Positions 1-10,201 of a stretch of DNA of 62,947 nucleotides are shown here, piece after piece (the first letter of the stretch is position 1; every line of letters starts with the position of its first letter). The notes under the pieces were generated by a model. It worked only from the letters and a program-made list of their open reading frames with translations. It was not told where the DNA came from and made no database searches. The position numbers and the translations under genes were made by a program. Source of the DNA: Stellaceae bacterium (GTDB lineage Bacteria; Pseudomonadota; Alphaproteobacteria; ATCC43930; CGMCC-115725); assembly GCA_036273175.1 (NCBI GenBank), contig DASUIE010000154.1, positions 1 through 62,947 of the forward strand, in the 5' to 3' direction.

Positions 1-485
1 TCGTCGCCCATCACATAATGGCGCACCGCGGTGTGGCCGATCAAATTGCCGACATTGATGCCGAGATGGTTGTCGAGCCGGTCCATGTATTGCGGGATCG
101 ACTCCCAGTCGAACTCGATGGTCTTGAGCACGTCCATCGGGATCGCCTCGACGTAGGAGAGGAATTCGGCGAGGCGCTCCTCGGTGCCCTTGCGCACCGG
201 CGCCAGCGACAGCGAGCAATTGCCGAAGATCACCGAGGTCGCGCCGTGCTCGGGCGAGAAGGTGCAGAGCGGGTCCCAGGTGACCTGCGCGTCGTAATGG
301 CAGTGATTGTCGATAAAGCCGGGCGAGACGGCCTTGCCCTGCGCGTCGATCGTGCGGTCGGCCGGGCTCGACAGCTTGCCGATCTCGACGATTTTGCCGT
401 CCTTGACACCGATATCGCCGCGGAAGGCCGGCATGCCCGAACCGTCGACAATCAGCCCGTTCTTGATCAGCAGGTCATAAGCCAT
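1..485 (-). CDS. N-acyl-D-amino-acid deacylase (D-aminoacylase) family amidohydrolase, N-terminal part; the 3' end lies outside the window
   Basis: Absent from the ORF track because no stop falls in the window. My reverse-strand translation from the ATG (complement of 483-485) reads MAYDLLIKNGLIVDGSGMPAFRGDIGVKDGKIVEIGKL...SPGFIDNHCHYDAQVTWDP...GNCSLSLAP. It has the HxH metal motif and an N-terminus typical of this family. A GAGGAAGGA SD lies just upstream (complement of 492-500). The + ORF 18..512 is its antisense shadow. Confidence 0.75.
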   Translation of the reverse strand, partial: MAYDLLIKNGLIVDGSGMPAFRGDIGVKDGKIVEIGKLSSPADRTIDAQGKAVSPGFIDNHCHYDAQVTWDPLCTFSPEHGATSVIFGNCSLSLAPVRKGTEERLAEFLSYVEAIPMDVLKTIEFDWESIPQYMDRLDNHLGINVGNLIGHTAVRHYVMGD

Positions 486-496
486 CCCAAATCCTT

Positions 497-514
497 CCTC
501 GCGAATTCGTGAGG
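497..514. promoter_or_regulatory. near-perfect 18-bp palindrome centred on GAATTC, adjacent to the amidohydrolase SD
   Basis: CCTCGCGAATTCGTGAGG with one mismatch, located in the divergent spacer 486-581. Confidence 0.3.
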
Positions 515-581
515 ACGACTGTATCACGCAAATCGGCGGCGACGCGCGCGTTCGCCGCATGGGAAGCGGGGGAGCTATGCA

Positions 582-824
582 ATGAACCGGACACTCGTCA
601 TGGCCGGCGCGCTCGTCCTTGCCGCGCCACTGGCGCTAGCTCAGGGGCAGCCGCGGCCGAAACCCGGCATCGCGGGCTGCGCGGGCCCGGTCATGGAGCT
701 TATCCCCGGGATGCGGATGTGCGACCTCGACCCGGGAAAGACCGTGCGTTTTCTCTGCAAAAACGGAAAGACGATCGACGTGCCGATGGTCAACGGCGAC
801 GTACGCGCGCCGCGGTGCGACTGA
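582..824 (+). CDS. small secreted hypothetical protein (80 aa, signal peptide, 4 Cys)
   Basis: N-terminus MNRTLVMAGALVLAAPLALA/QG looks like a Sec signal peptide. A GGGGAG SD precedes the ATG. Third codon positions are GC-rich, as in neighbouring genes. No family recognised. Confidence 0.5.
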   Translation: MNRTLVMAGALVLAAPLALAQGQPRPKPGIAGCAGPVMELIPGMRMCDLDPGKTVRFLCKNGKTIDVPMVNGDVRAPRCD

Positions 825-828
825 TCCG

Positions 829-1611
829 TCAGTCCTTGTAGGACGGGTCGAGCCGGTCGGCGAGGCGGCGGCAGGCAGCCCAGTCCTTGCCGCCTTTCAG
901 GAAGCCGCCCGCTTCCATGAACTGGCCGTGGGCGTATTCGCAGGCCGCCTTGCTGGGGATCGCGTAGTTCCCCTCGCCCGCCGACAACGCCGCGATCTGG
1001 CCCTGGCACGCCATTTCCAGCCAGTGATGGTTGACGACGCATTCCGCGACGCTTTCGCCGCAGACCAGCACGCCGTGATTGCGCAGGATCATCAGCGAGC
1101 CGCCGGCGAGGTCGCGGACCAGTTTCGGCGTCATGTCGTGATCGAACTCGAAGCCTTCGAACTCGTGATACTTCAGCTCGCCATAAAACCGCAGCGCATG
1201 CTGATTGATTGGCAGCAGCCCGAATTTGTGGGCCGCGACGCCCATCCCCGCGACCGTATGCGTGTGCAGCGTCGCGTTGAGGTCGGGACGGGCCTTCAAG
1301 AGACCGGCGTGAATGATGAGCGCCCCGCCCTTGATCGACGTCACGCCGTCGCCTGTAACGACATTGCCGTCGAAATCGGCGGTCAGCAGCGACGACGCGG
1401 TCACCTCGGCAAACATCCAGTCGGTGCGCTTGACCAGCATCAGGTCCGGGTGGCCCGGAACCCGTAGCCCGAAATGGTTGTAGGTCAGGTCGTTGACCCC
1501 GTAATGCGCCAGCACCCGATGCCCGGCGGCGAGGTCGACGCGCGCCGCCCATTCCTCCGGGCTGACCTGGTCGCGAACCGATTTCCGTTTGGAGACGAGC
1601 TGAACGGCCAT
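829..1611 (-). CDS. class II aldolase/adducin-family protein
   Basis: 260 aa. The pattern ...IIHAGLLKARPDLNATLHTHTVAGMGVAA...MILRNHGVLVCGESVAEC... shows the His-rich metal site and the RNHG motif typical of class II aldolase/adducin N-terminal domains. Confidence 0.85.
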   Translation of the reverse strand: MAVQLVSKRKSVRDQVSPEEWAARVDLAAGHRVLAHYGVNDLTYNHFGLRVPGHPDLMLVKRTDWMFAEVTASSLLTADFDGNVVTGDGVTSIKGGALIIHAGLLKARPDLNATLHTHTVAGMGVAAHKFGLLPINQHALRFYGELKYHEFEGFEFDHDMTPKLVRDLAGGSLMILRNHGVLVCGESVAECVVNHHWLEMACQGQIAALSAGEGNYAIPSKAACEYAHGQFMEAGGFLKGGKDWAACRRLADRLDPSYKD

Positions 1612-1626
1612 GATTGCCCCTTCTTC

Positions 1627-2586
1627 CTAGCGGTTGAGCCAGCGCCGGGCGAAGCCAAGGAGGCCCTGCGGCAGGAACAGCACGATCAGGATGAAGATAA
1701 TCCCGAGCGGGATCAAATAGGCCTCGGTGAAAAACCGCGACAGGCCCTCGCGCATCAGCAGGAAGAAGGCCGCGCCAAGCACCGGCCCGACCAGCGTGCC
1801 GATCCCGCCGATCACGTTGTAGATCACGGCTTCGCCGGAAACCAAAAAGAACACGAAATCGGGCGCGGCGAACTGGTTCTGGATCGCGTAGAGAACGCCG
1901 GCGAGCCCGGCGAAAAGGCCGGACAGCATGACGGCGACGATCTTGTAGCGCTCGACCGCGTAGCCGACCGCGCGGGTGCGCGACTCGTTCTCGCGGATCG
2001 ACTGCAGCACCATCCCGAACGGCGATTGCGTCACGCGGCGCAGGATCAGGTACGAGCCGACGACGACCGCGAGCACGAACCAATGAATGACCTGGGGGGT
2101 GAAGCGGATCGAAAACAGCCCGTCGATCGCGAGCGGCGGACGGCGGAAATTGAGCCCGTTCTCGCCGCCGGTGACGTCGGTCCAGGTGTAGATGATGACA
2201 TAGAAAATCTGCGAGAAGATGAGGGTGGTGATCGCGAAGTAGATATCGCGCAGCCGGGTCGCGAAATAGGCGACAAACCCGGAGACGACGGCCGCCGCGA
2301 CAAGACCGGCGGCGATCGCGAGCCACAGGCTGGGCCGGTCGACGAGCATGATCGCGGCGGCCGCGCCGTACATGCCGAGGCCGAAAAAGACCGAATGCCC
2401 GAACGAGACCATGCCGGCGTAGCCGATCAGGAGATCCGACGACATCGCCAGCAGCCCCCAGATCAATATCTCGGTCAGGAAGCGGCGCCAGAACTCGGGC
2501 AGGACCAGCGGCGCGACGATCAGCAGCGCGAGGATGACGGCGAACCCCGTCCAATAGACCGCGAGGTGGCGGCGCGCGATCGTCAT
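1627..2586 (-). CDS. livM: branched-chain amino acid (HAAT family) ABC transporter permease, LivM-type
   Basis: Polytopic membrane protein. The start MTIARRHLAVYWTGF... was chosen at the ATGA overlap with the livH stop (2583-2586). The upstream part of ORF 1627..3264 overlaps livH and is not credible. Confidence 0.85.
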   Translation of the reverse strand: MTIARRHLAVYWTGFAVILALLIVAPLVLPEFWRRFLTEILIWGLLAMSSDLLIGYAGMVSFGHSVFFGLGMYGAAAAIMLVDRPSLWLAIAAGLVAAAVVSGFVAYFATRLRDIYFAITTLIFSQIFYVIIYTWTDVTGGENGLNFRRPPLAIDGLFSIRFTPQVIHWFVLAVVVGSYLILRRVTQSPFGMVLQSIRENESRTRAVGYAVERYKIVAVMLSGLFAGLAGVLYAIQNQFAAPDFVFFLVSGEAVIYNVIGGIGTLVGPVLGAAFFLLMREGLSRFFTEAYLIPLGIIFILIVLFLPQGLLGFARRWLNR

Positions 2587-3455
2587 TTCGGCGTCGGGAC
2601 GAAAAGGCCGGTCGGCCGGAACAGTAGCGTCAGGATCAGCACGACGAACGAGACGATGACCGCTTGGGCCGGGCTTACCCATAGCGAGGCATAGGCTTCC
2701 AAGAGGCTGATGAAGATCGCCGCCGCAACGGAGCCGCCGAGGCTCCCCATTCCCCCGACGACGACGACGATGAATGCCTTGAGCACCCAGTTGAGCCCCA
2801 TCAGCGAATTGACGCCCGAGAGCGGTGCGAACATCACCCCGCTCGCCGCCGCCATCGCCGATCCGATCGCGAACACGGCGCATAGCACCCAGGGCACCGG
2901 GATGCCCATCGCCTGGGCCATGATCCGGTCCTGGGTCGTCGCCCGTATCCAGATCCCGTAGGTGCCGAATTTGAGGAACAGCCACAGCCCGCCAATGATC
3001 GCCGCGGCGAGCACCGCGATCATCAGCCGGTACCACGGATATTGCAGGTAGAAGATGTCGAAATGCGCGGTGATCGGCTCGGGGATGTTGCGGGCGACCG
3101 GGCCGAAATACCACAGCGCGAAATTCTGCAGCACCAGCGACAAGCCGAACGTCGCCAGGATCGTCGTCAGCGGATCGCGCCCGATCAACGGGCGCAGGGT
3201 ACTGAGATAGATGACGGCGCCGAGCAGCCCAACGATCACCGCCGCCGCAATCAGGCCGAGCCAATAATTCCCGGTCAGCGCGACGACGACGACGCCGACA
3301 TAGGCGCCGAGCATAAACAGCTCGCCATGCGCGAAGTTGACGACATCCATGATGCCGAAAATCAGCGTCAGGCCTGAGGCGACCAGCGCCAGGATCATGC
3401 CGGTGACGACGCCGTTGAGCGTCTGGATCAGGATCTGATCGATCGGAATGTGCAT
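2583..3455 (-). CDS. livH: branched-chain amino acid (HAAT family) ABC transporter permease, LivH-type
   Basis: MHIPIDQILIQTLNGVVTGMILALVASGLTLIFGIMDVVNFAHGE... is a typical LivH N-terminus. The start at 3455 lies 2 nt after the livF stop. Confidence 0.85.
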   Translation of the reverse strand: MHIPIDQILIQTLNGVVTGMILALVASGLTLIFGIMDVVNFAHGELFMLGAYVGVVVVALTGNYWLGLIAAAVIVGLLGAVIYLSTLRPLIGRDPLTTILATFGLSLVLQNFALWYFGPVARNIPEPITAHFDIFYLQYPWYRLMIAVLAAAIIGGLWLFLKFGTYGIWIRATTQDRIMAQAMGIPVPWVLCAVFAIGSAMAAASGVMFAPLSGVNSLMGLNWVLKAFIVVVVGGMGSLGGSVAAAIFISLLEAYASLWVSPAQAVIVSFVVLILTLLFRPTGLFVPTPK

Positions 3456-3456
3456 G

Positions 3457-4175
<719 letters not shown>

Positions 4176-4179
<4 letters not shown>

Positions 4180-4964
4180 GTCTTGAGATAGACTTCGAGC
4201 ACCCGCGGGTTCTCTTGGATCTCGGCGGGGGTGCCTTCTGCCAGGATTTGGCCGTAATGCAGCACGGTGATCCGGTCGGCGAGCCCCATCACCACCTCCA
4301 TGTCGTGCTCGACGATGAGAATGGTCAGGTCCTGGGCGATCTTCTGCACCAGCTCGACCGTGCCCCGCGTCTCGGCCGCGCTCATCCCGGCGGTCGGCTC
4401 GTCGAGGCAAAGGAGCTGCGGTTCGGTCGCCAGCGCGATCGCGATCTCCAGCGTGCGCTGCTCGCCATGCGACAGGTTGGCGGCGAGCTCGTCCTCCTTT
4501 TCCAAGAGGCCGACCGAGGCTAGCGCCGTCTCGGCCTTCTGCCGGATATCGGCGAAGGCGCCGTGATGCCTGACGAGGTTCCAGCCGTGCCGGCGCGACT
4601 GGGCCGCGATGCGCACGTTTTCGAGCGCGGTCGCGTTGGGCAGGATGTTGGTGATCTGATACGAGCGGGCGATGCCGCGCTGCGAGATGCGGTTCGGCGG
4701 CATCCCGCTGACATCGACGCCGTCGAAGACGATCGCGCCCGAGGTCGGCCGCTGCACGCCGGTCAGGCAGTTGAAGAACGTGCTCTTGCCGGCGCCGTTC
4801 GGTCCGATGATCGCTCTCACCTCGCCGCGCGCGACCGAGAAATCGACCCCGTTGAGCGCGGTGAGGCCGCCGAACCGGACGGTCAGCGCCTCGGTCCTGA
4901 GGATCGGGTCGGCGCCGCCTCCCTCGCGAGGAGACGGCGCCGTGGGCGCGGGTTCGACGCTCAC
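4176..4964 (-). CDS. livG: branched-chain amino acid ABC transporter ATP-binding protein, LivG-type
   Basis: 262 aa. Walker A GPNGAGKST, signature LSHGEQRTLEIA, Walker B LLCLDEPTAG. Confidence 0.9.
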
Positions 4965-6221
4965 TTACGCCGAGAAGTGACAGGCCGGCGGCACGAGGGT
5001 TTTGTCCTTCGGCACCACATCCTTGATGTGGAACCCGCCGTCGCGGACCTCGTAGATGAACTCGCGCACAAAGGCCTGGTGGTCTTCCTTGCGCAGGGTC
5101 TTGTCGCCTTGCGGGAAGTCCGGGCCTTCCTTCATCTCCAGGCCTTCGAGCGCGGCGATCAGCTTGTCGGTGTCCTGCCGGCCGTGAAAGCCGGATTTCT
5201 CCATCCCGAGCTTCAGCGCGTTCATCGCCTCGAAATTGGATTGGACATAGCGGTCGGGCTTCGGCCCCGACGGGTCCATCGCCTTCAGCCGCGGGATAGC
5301 GTCGTCGTAGAAAGCCTTGTGGTACGGCGTATTGAGCGGCGGATCCATGACCGGGATGTACCGGTTGATCCCGATAAAGCCGTCGATCTTGTGGCCGAGG
5401 CCCGGCAGGTTGGTCGACTCGGCGATCGCGCCGTCGCCGGCGAATTTGTACTTCTTCGACAGGCCGAGATCGAACAGCTGGTTGCCGAGCGTCACCCCGT
5501 CCTGCCCGAAGAAGATGCCGAAGATGCCGTCGAAATCGCCGCTGATCTTCGACAGAAACGGCGTCATGTCGGCGGTGTTGACCGGGATGCCGGTGGTGCC
5601 GACGACCTCGCCGCCCTCTTTCTTGATGCCCGCGGCATAGGCGTCGCGGGTCGACTGGCCCCAGGAGTAGTCGGCGTAGAGGATGTGCCACTTCTTGCCC
5701 ATCTTGCCGACCAGATAGGGTGCGAAGGCGACCGCCTGCGCCGGCGCGTAGTCATACGGCCGGAAGCTGTACTTGCTGCACTTCGACGTCGTGATCGTGG
5801 TGTCGAGGCACACGCTGATCATGTTGACGACGGAATGGTCTTCGTAGACCGGCATGCAGGCGAGGCAGATGTTCGACAGCTCGCCCCCGACATGGACATC
5901 GATCTTGTCCTCGGTGAGCAGCTTCTCGGCCTTGCGGCGGCCGACATCGGGTTTCGACTCGTCGTCCTCGAGAAGCAGCTTGACCTCCTGGCCGTTGATC
6001 CCGCCGTTTTTGTTGATGCGGTCGACCGCCATCTGCAAGCCGATGACCGAGGTCTTGCCGACCGGCGCGCCCGGCCCGGACACGCAATTGACGCTGCCGA
6101 CCTTGATCGGCTGCGCCCCCAGTGCATAGCGCAGCGGCAGCGGCGACAGCACCGTGCCGATCGCGCCCACCTCCAGCACCCGGCGGCGCGTAATGCCAGC
6201 CGGCTTTTTCGTCTCGAACAT
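4965..6221 (-). CDS. ABC transporter periplasmic substrate-binding protein (LivK/Leu-Ile-Val-binding fold) with a Tat-type signal
   Basis: The start MFETKKPAGITRRRVLEVGAIGT... has a twin-arginine motif and is preceded by a GGGGAGG SD. The body resembles type I periplasmic binding proteins found next to HAAT permeases. Confidence 0.85.
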   Translation of the reverse strand: MFETKKPAGITRRRVLEVGAIGTVLSPLPLRYALGAQPIKVGSVNCVSGPGAPVGKTSVIGLQMAVDRINKNGGINGQEVKLLLEDDESKPDVGRRKAEKLLTEDKIDVHVGGELSNICLACMPVYEDHSVVNMISVCLDTTITTSKCSKYSFRPYDYAPAQAVAFAPYLVGKMGKKWHILYADYSWGQSTRDAYAAGIKKEGGEVVGTTGIPVNTADMTPFLSKISGDFDGIFGIFFGQDGVTLGNQLFDLGLSKKYKFAGDGAIAESTNLPGLGHKIDGFIGINRYIPVMDPPLNTPYHKAFYDDAIPRLKAMDPSGPKPDRYVQSNFEAMNALKLGMEKSGFHGRQDTDKLIAALEGLEMKEGPDFPQGDKTLRKEDHQAFVREFIYEVRDGGFHIKDVVPKDKTLVPPACHFSA

Positions 6222-6306
6222 TTGTGCCTCCCCTTCCCCTGTTCGCCGGATAGATAGCAACCGCCGCGGTTTTCGCGCAACCCGCTCAGACAAGCCGCGC
6301 AGGGTT

Positions 6307-7446
6307 CTACCCTTCGTTCGTCATGATTATTGTGCCGCTCGCCGCGAACATGCCGCCGACGCCGTGGCACACCGAGAGCTTCGCGCCCGGCACCTGGGCC
6401 GGGGCGATGCCGCGCATCTGCCGCACGCTCTCCTGCAGCGCGTACATCCCGTACATGCCCGAGTGCATGTAGCTGAGACCGCCGCCATTGGTGTTGAGCG
6501 GAAGCTTGGCGCCGGGCGCGGTATTGCGCTCCCAGATGAACGAAGCGGCCTCGCCGCGCTTGCAGAAGCCCAGGTCTTCGAGCCCGTAGATCGGCAGATG
6601 GGCGAAGGCGTCGTAGATCATCAGGTGATCGACGTCCTTGTGGGCGATCCCGGCCTCGTCGAACGCCTTGGCCCCGGCGACGCGGAAAGCGCGGGACGAC
6701 GTGAAATCCTCCATCTGGCTGACCATCGGCGTCTCAACCGACTCACCGGTGCCGAGCAGGTAGACCGGCTTTTGCGGGAAGTCCTTGGCGCGGTCGGCGC
6801 GAGTCAGGATCAGCGCACCGCCGCCGTCGGTCACAAGGCAGCACATCAGCAGGCGGAACGGATAGGCGATCATCCGCGAGTTCAAGACGTCGTCGACGGT
6901 GACCGGGTCGCGGAAGGTCGCGCGCGGGTTCTTGGCCGCCCACTCGCGCTGGACGACGGCGACCATCGCGAGCTGTTCCTGCGTGACGCCGTAGGTCTTC
7001 AGGTAGCGCAGCACCGGGATCGTGAACAGCGTCGGCGGTCCCATCGGGCCGTAGGGCAGCTCGAACTGGCCCTGCAGGCTTCCGGGCGACACTGCCGGCC
7101 GCGAACGCGCGACACCGGAGCGGCCGCTCTCGCCGTGGGTGATTAGCACCGTGTTGCAGAGCCCGCTCTCCAGCGCCGCCGCGGCGTGGCGGACATGGAT
7201 CATGAACGAGCAGCCGCCGACCGCGGTGCCGTCGACCCATTTCGGCGTCAGGCCGAGGTAGTGCGCGACCGTGGTCGGCGTTTCGCCGGCCGTGGCGATG
7301 CCGTCGATGTCGGAGGGCTTGAGTCCGGCGTCCTTCATCGCGTTGAGGGCGGCATCGGCATGAAGGCCGATCTGCGACAGCTCGGGGATGCGGCCAAGCT
7401 CGGTGGTTTCGGCGGCGCCGACGATGGCGATCGATTTCGGTTTCAT
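6307..7446 (-). CDS. thiolase-like (SCP-x / lipid-transfer-type) protein
   Basis: 379 aa from MKPKSIAIVGAAETTELGRIP... It has an internal GGCSF active-site region and a C-terminal CHGVGGMFAASG motif typical of the thiolase superfamily. It is paired with a DUF35 gene immediately upstream. Confidence 0.85.
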   Translation of the reverse strand: MKPKSIAIVGAAETTELGRIPELSQIGLHADAALNAMKDAGLKPSDIDGIATAGETPTTVAHYLGLTPKWVDGTAVGGCSFMIHVRHAAAALESGLCNTVLITHGESGRSGVARSRPAVSPGSLQGQFELPYGPMGPPTLFTIPVLRYLKTYGVTQEQLAMVAVVQREWAAKNPRATFRDPVTVDDVLNSRMIAYPFRLLMCCLVTDGGGALILTRADRAKDFPQKPVYLLGTGESVETPMVSQMEDFTSSRAFRVAGAKAFDEAGIAHKDVDHLMIYDAFAHLPIYGLEDLGFCKRGEAASFIWERNTAPGAKLPLNTNGGGLSYMHSGMYGMYALQESVRQMRGIAPAQVPGAKLSVCHGVGGMFAASGTIIMTNEG

Positions 7447-7451
7447 CGAGG

Positions 7452-7874
7452 TCAGCCTTTTGTCGGACGGAACAGAGGCAGGGTGATCTCGTCGTCGATC
7501 TTCTCGAAGGCGACTTCGAGCGGCATGTCGAGCACCAGCGCTTCGGGCGTCTGCGGACAATCGACGATGTTGGTCATCATCCGCGGCCCCTCGTCGAGCT
7601 CGACGACCGCGATCGCGTAAGGCGGCGTGAATCCGTTCACCGCGCGATGGTGGATCACGTAGCTGTAAAGCCGTCCCTTGCCGCTCGCCTTGAACACGCT
7701 GACTTCGCGCGCCGCGCAATGGGGGCAGAACGGGCGCGGCGGGAAATACACCGCCTTGCAGGCGTCGCAGCGCTGCAGGCGAAGCTCGCCGCTCTTCGTT
7801 CCATCCCAGAAATGCCGAGTCTCCGGGGTCGGCTGCGGCCGGGGCCGCTGTCCTTCGGGCATCGTCGCCACCAT
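7452..7874 (-). CDS. Zn-ribbon/OB-fold protein (DUF35 family), thiolase partner
   Basis: Rubredoxin-like CDACKAVYFPPRPFCPHC followed by an OB-fold region. DUF35 proteins classically sit next to SCP-x-type thiolases. The start could instead be 7862. Confidence 0.8.
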   Translation of the reverse strand: MVATMPEGQRPRPQPTPETRHFWDGTKSGELRLQRCDACKAVYFPPRPFCPHCAAREVSVFKASGKGRLYSYVIHHRAVNGFTPPYAIAVVELDEGPRMMTNIVDCPQTPEALVLDMPLEVAFEKIDDEITLPLFRPTKG

Positions 7875-7962
7875 CTGATTAGCGTCGAAATCGAGTTTGA
7901 CGCGAGCCCGGCCTTACGGCAAACAGGACCTTGTGCTGCACTGCACAATACGGAGGCCGAAC

Positions 7963-8475
7963 ATGATCACGCCGTCTTATGTCCGCACGATGGCCGCGTA
8001 CAACGCCGAGATGAACCGACGCCTCTACCGCAACGCCGAAAACTTGACCGAGGCCGAGCGCCGCGCCGACCGCGGGGGATTTTGGCACTCGATCCACGGC
8101 ACGCTCGTTCACATCCTGTGGGGCGACTTCCAGTGGATGTCGCGCTTTGACGGATGGGAGCGGCCGACGACACCGATCAAAGAAAGCGACCGCTTCGTCG
8201 ACGACTATGCCGAGCTGGGCGAGCGGCGGGTCAAGGCCGACGCCGACATCGCGCGCTGGGCCGAGAAGGTCGACGATGCCTGGCTCGACGTGGACCTGAC
8301 CTGGTTCAGCGGCGCCATCCAGCGCGAGGTCACGGCGCCGAAGCGCTTTCTCGTCGCCCATTTCTTCAACCATCAGACCCATCACCGCGGCCAGGTCCAC
8401 GCCATGCTCACCGCCGCCGGCGAGAAGACCGACGATACCGACCTGTTCGTGATCCTGCCGGGGATGATCCCCTGA
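7963..8475 (+). CDS. DinB-family (damage-inducible, four-helix-bundle metalloenzyme) protein
   Basis: [22 protein letters not shown]...[13 protein letters not shown]...[18 protein letters not shown] shows the His triad typical of the DinB/YfiT-like superfamily. A GGAGG SD at 7952-7956 supports the ATG at 7963. Confidence 0.8.
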   Translation: MITPSYVRTMAAYNAEMNRRLYRNAENLTEAERRADRGGFWHSIHGTLVHILWGDFQWMSRFDGWERPTTPIKESDRFVDDYAELGERRVKADADIARWAEKVDDAWLDVDLTWFSGAIQREVTAPKRFLVAHFFNHQTHHRGQVHAMLTAAGEKTDDTDLFVILPGMIP

Positions 8476-9824
8476 AGACCCGGCGCGAGCACGACAGCCT
8501 CGGCGAGGTCGAGGTTCCGGCCGACCGGCTGTGGGGCGCGCAGACCCAGCGCTCGATCGAGAACTTCCCGATCGGCCGGCCGCGTTTTGTCTGGGGGCGC
8601 GGGGTGATCCGCGCCCTCGGCATCGTCAAGAAGGCCGCGGCCGAGGCGAATGCTGCGCTGGGCGAGCTGCCGGCCGACAAGGCCGCGCGCATCGTCCAGG
8701 CCGCCGAGGAGGTGATCGCCGGGAAGCATGACGCCGAGTTCCCGCTGGTCGCGTTCCAGACCGGGTCCGGCACCCAGACCAATATGAACGCCAACGAGGT
8801 GATCGCGCGCCTCGCCAAGGTCCACCCCAACGACGACGTCAACCGCAGCCAGTCGTCGAACGATGCTTTTCCGGCGGTCATGCACATCGCCGCGGTCGAG
8901 GCGATCGACGGGCGGACGATACCGGCGGTCCGGCGGCTGCGCGACACGCTGGCGGGGCGCGGCGAGGCGCTCGGCGGCATCGTCATCATCGGGCGCACGC
9001 ATTTGATGGACGCGACGCCGCTGACGCTTGGACAGCTTTTTTCGGGCTGGGTGGCGCAGCTCGACCAGGCGGTGGAGATGGTGGGAGCCTCTCTCGACGT
9101 TCTGTATGAATTGCCGCTCGGCGGCACCGCGGTCGGCACCGGCCTCAACGCCCCGCCCCGCTTCGCCGAGCTGGCGATCGAGCGGATCGGCGCACCGTTC
9201 CGCCCGGCGGCAAACCTTTTCGCGGTCGGGTCGAGCCACGACGCGATGGTGGCGGCGAGCGCGGCCCTGCGCGGGGTGGGCGTCGCGCTGTTCAAGATCG
9301 CCAACGATATCCGCTGGTACGCGAGCGGGCCGCGCGCCGGGCTCGGCGAGCTGACCCTGCCGGAGAACGAGCCGGGCTCGTCGATCATGCCGGGAAAGGT
9401 CAACCCGACCCAGTGCGAGGCACTGACGATGGTCGCCGCCCAGGTCTTCGGCAACGACCATACGGTCGCCTTTGCCGGCAGCCAGGGCAATTTCCAGCTC
9501 AACGCCTATAAGCCGATCATCCTCTTCAACGTACTGGAATCGGCCGAGCTCTTGGCCGAGGCCTGCGCCTCGTTCGAGGAGCGCTGCGCCCGCGGGATCG
9601 GGGCGAACGCCGCGCGCATCCGCGAGCACCTCGACCAGTCGCTGATGCTCGTGACGGCGCTCAGCCCCCATATCGGCTACGAGAAGAGCGCCGCGATCGC
9701 CCTCCTCGCCCATCGCGAAGGGTTTAGCCTCAAGGAGGCCGCGCTGAGACTCGGACACGTGACCGAGGCCCAGTTCGACGAATGGGTGCGGCCGGAAGAG
9801 ATGACCGGGTCACGCCAGACCTAA
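8472..9824 (+). CDS. fumC: class II fumarate hydratase (fumarase C family); the start codon is unresolved and may be a CTG
   Basis: [31 protein letters not shown]..., [23 protein letters not shown] and the catalytic loop [16 protein letters not shown] are class II fumarase signatures. No ATG, GTG or TTG lies in frame near the conserved N-terminus (see findings). Confidence 0.85.
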   Translation: MKTRREHDSLGEVEVPADRLWGAQTQRSIENFPIGRPRFVWGRGVIRALGIVKKAAAEANAALGELPADKAARIVQAAEEVIAGKHDAEFPLVAFQTGSGTQTNMNANEVIARLAKVHPNDDVNRSQSSNDAFPAVMHIAAVEAIDGRTIPAVRRLRDTLAGRGEALGGIVIIGRTHLMDATPLTLGQLFSGWVAQLDQAVEMVGASLDVLYELPLGGTAVGTGLNAPPRFAELAIERIGAPFRPAANLFAVGSSHDAMVAASAALRGVGVALFKIANDIRWYASGPRAGLGELTLPENEPGSSIMPGKVNPTQCEALTMVAAQVFGNDHTVAFAGSQGNFQLNAYKPIILFNVLESAELLAEACASFEERCARGIGANAARIREHLDQSLMLVTALSPHIGYEKSAAIALLAHREGFSLKEAALRLGHVTEAQFDEWVRPEEMTGSRQT

Positions 9825-10201
9825 GTCAGGGCAAAACCGACCCGAGCGACAAACTGATCCGCACCGGAGATCGCGGCGATTGCCTCGTCCGCGGGCACGT
9901 CCGCACCGGATCCGACCTCGTAGTCGGCCATCGCTTTCAGCTCGTAGGCTCGCGACAGGAATGCCGGCAGATCCTGTAGATCCGGCTCGCGCGAGGCCAG
10001 TTCGTGAAAAGCGACATGAACCCCATGATGCGTCTTTGCGACTCGCCCGCGGCGGGCAAGAATGAAAGCCTGGGCGGCGTGAAACGCGGCCAGATAGGCG
10101 TTGCGGCCGGCATCCTCACCGATACCGGCTGCCAGGATGACGCGCGCGTTTTCAAGACAATGCTTCGCCTTTTCCAGGTGTTCGGCGACCTCTGGCGTCA
10201 C
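9821..10201 (-). CDS. HEPN domain protein (putative toxin of a HEPN/MNT pair)
   Basis: 126 aa, all-helical. The sequence resembles HEPN (PF05168-like) proteins. The GTG start overlaps the stop of the upstream nucleotidyltransferase gene as GTGA (10198-10201). Confidence 0.7.
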   Translation of the reverse strand: MTPEVAEHLEKAKHCLENARVILAAGIGEDAGRNAYLAAFHAAQAFILARRGRVAKTHHGVHVAFHELASREPDLQDLPAFLSRAYELKAMADYEVGSGADVPADEAIAAISGADQFVARVGFALT

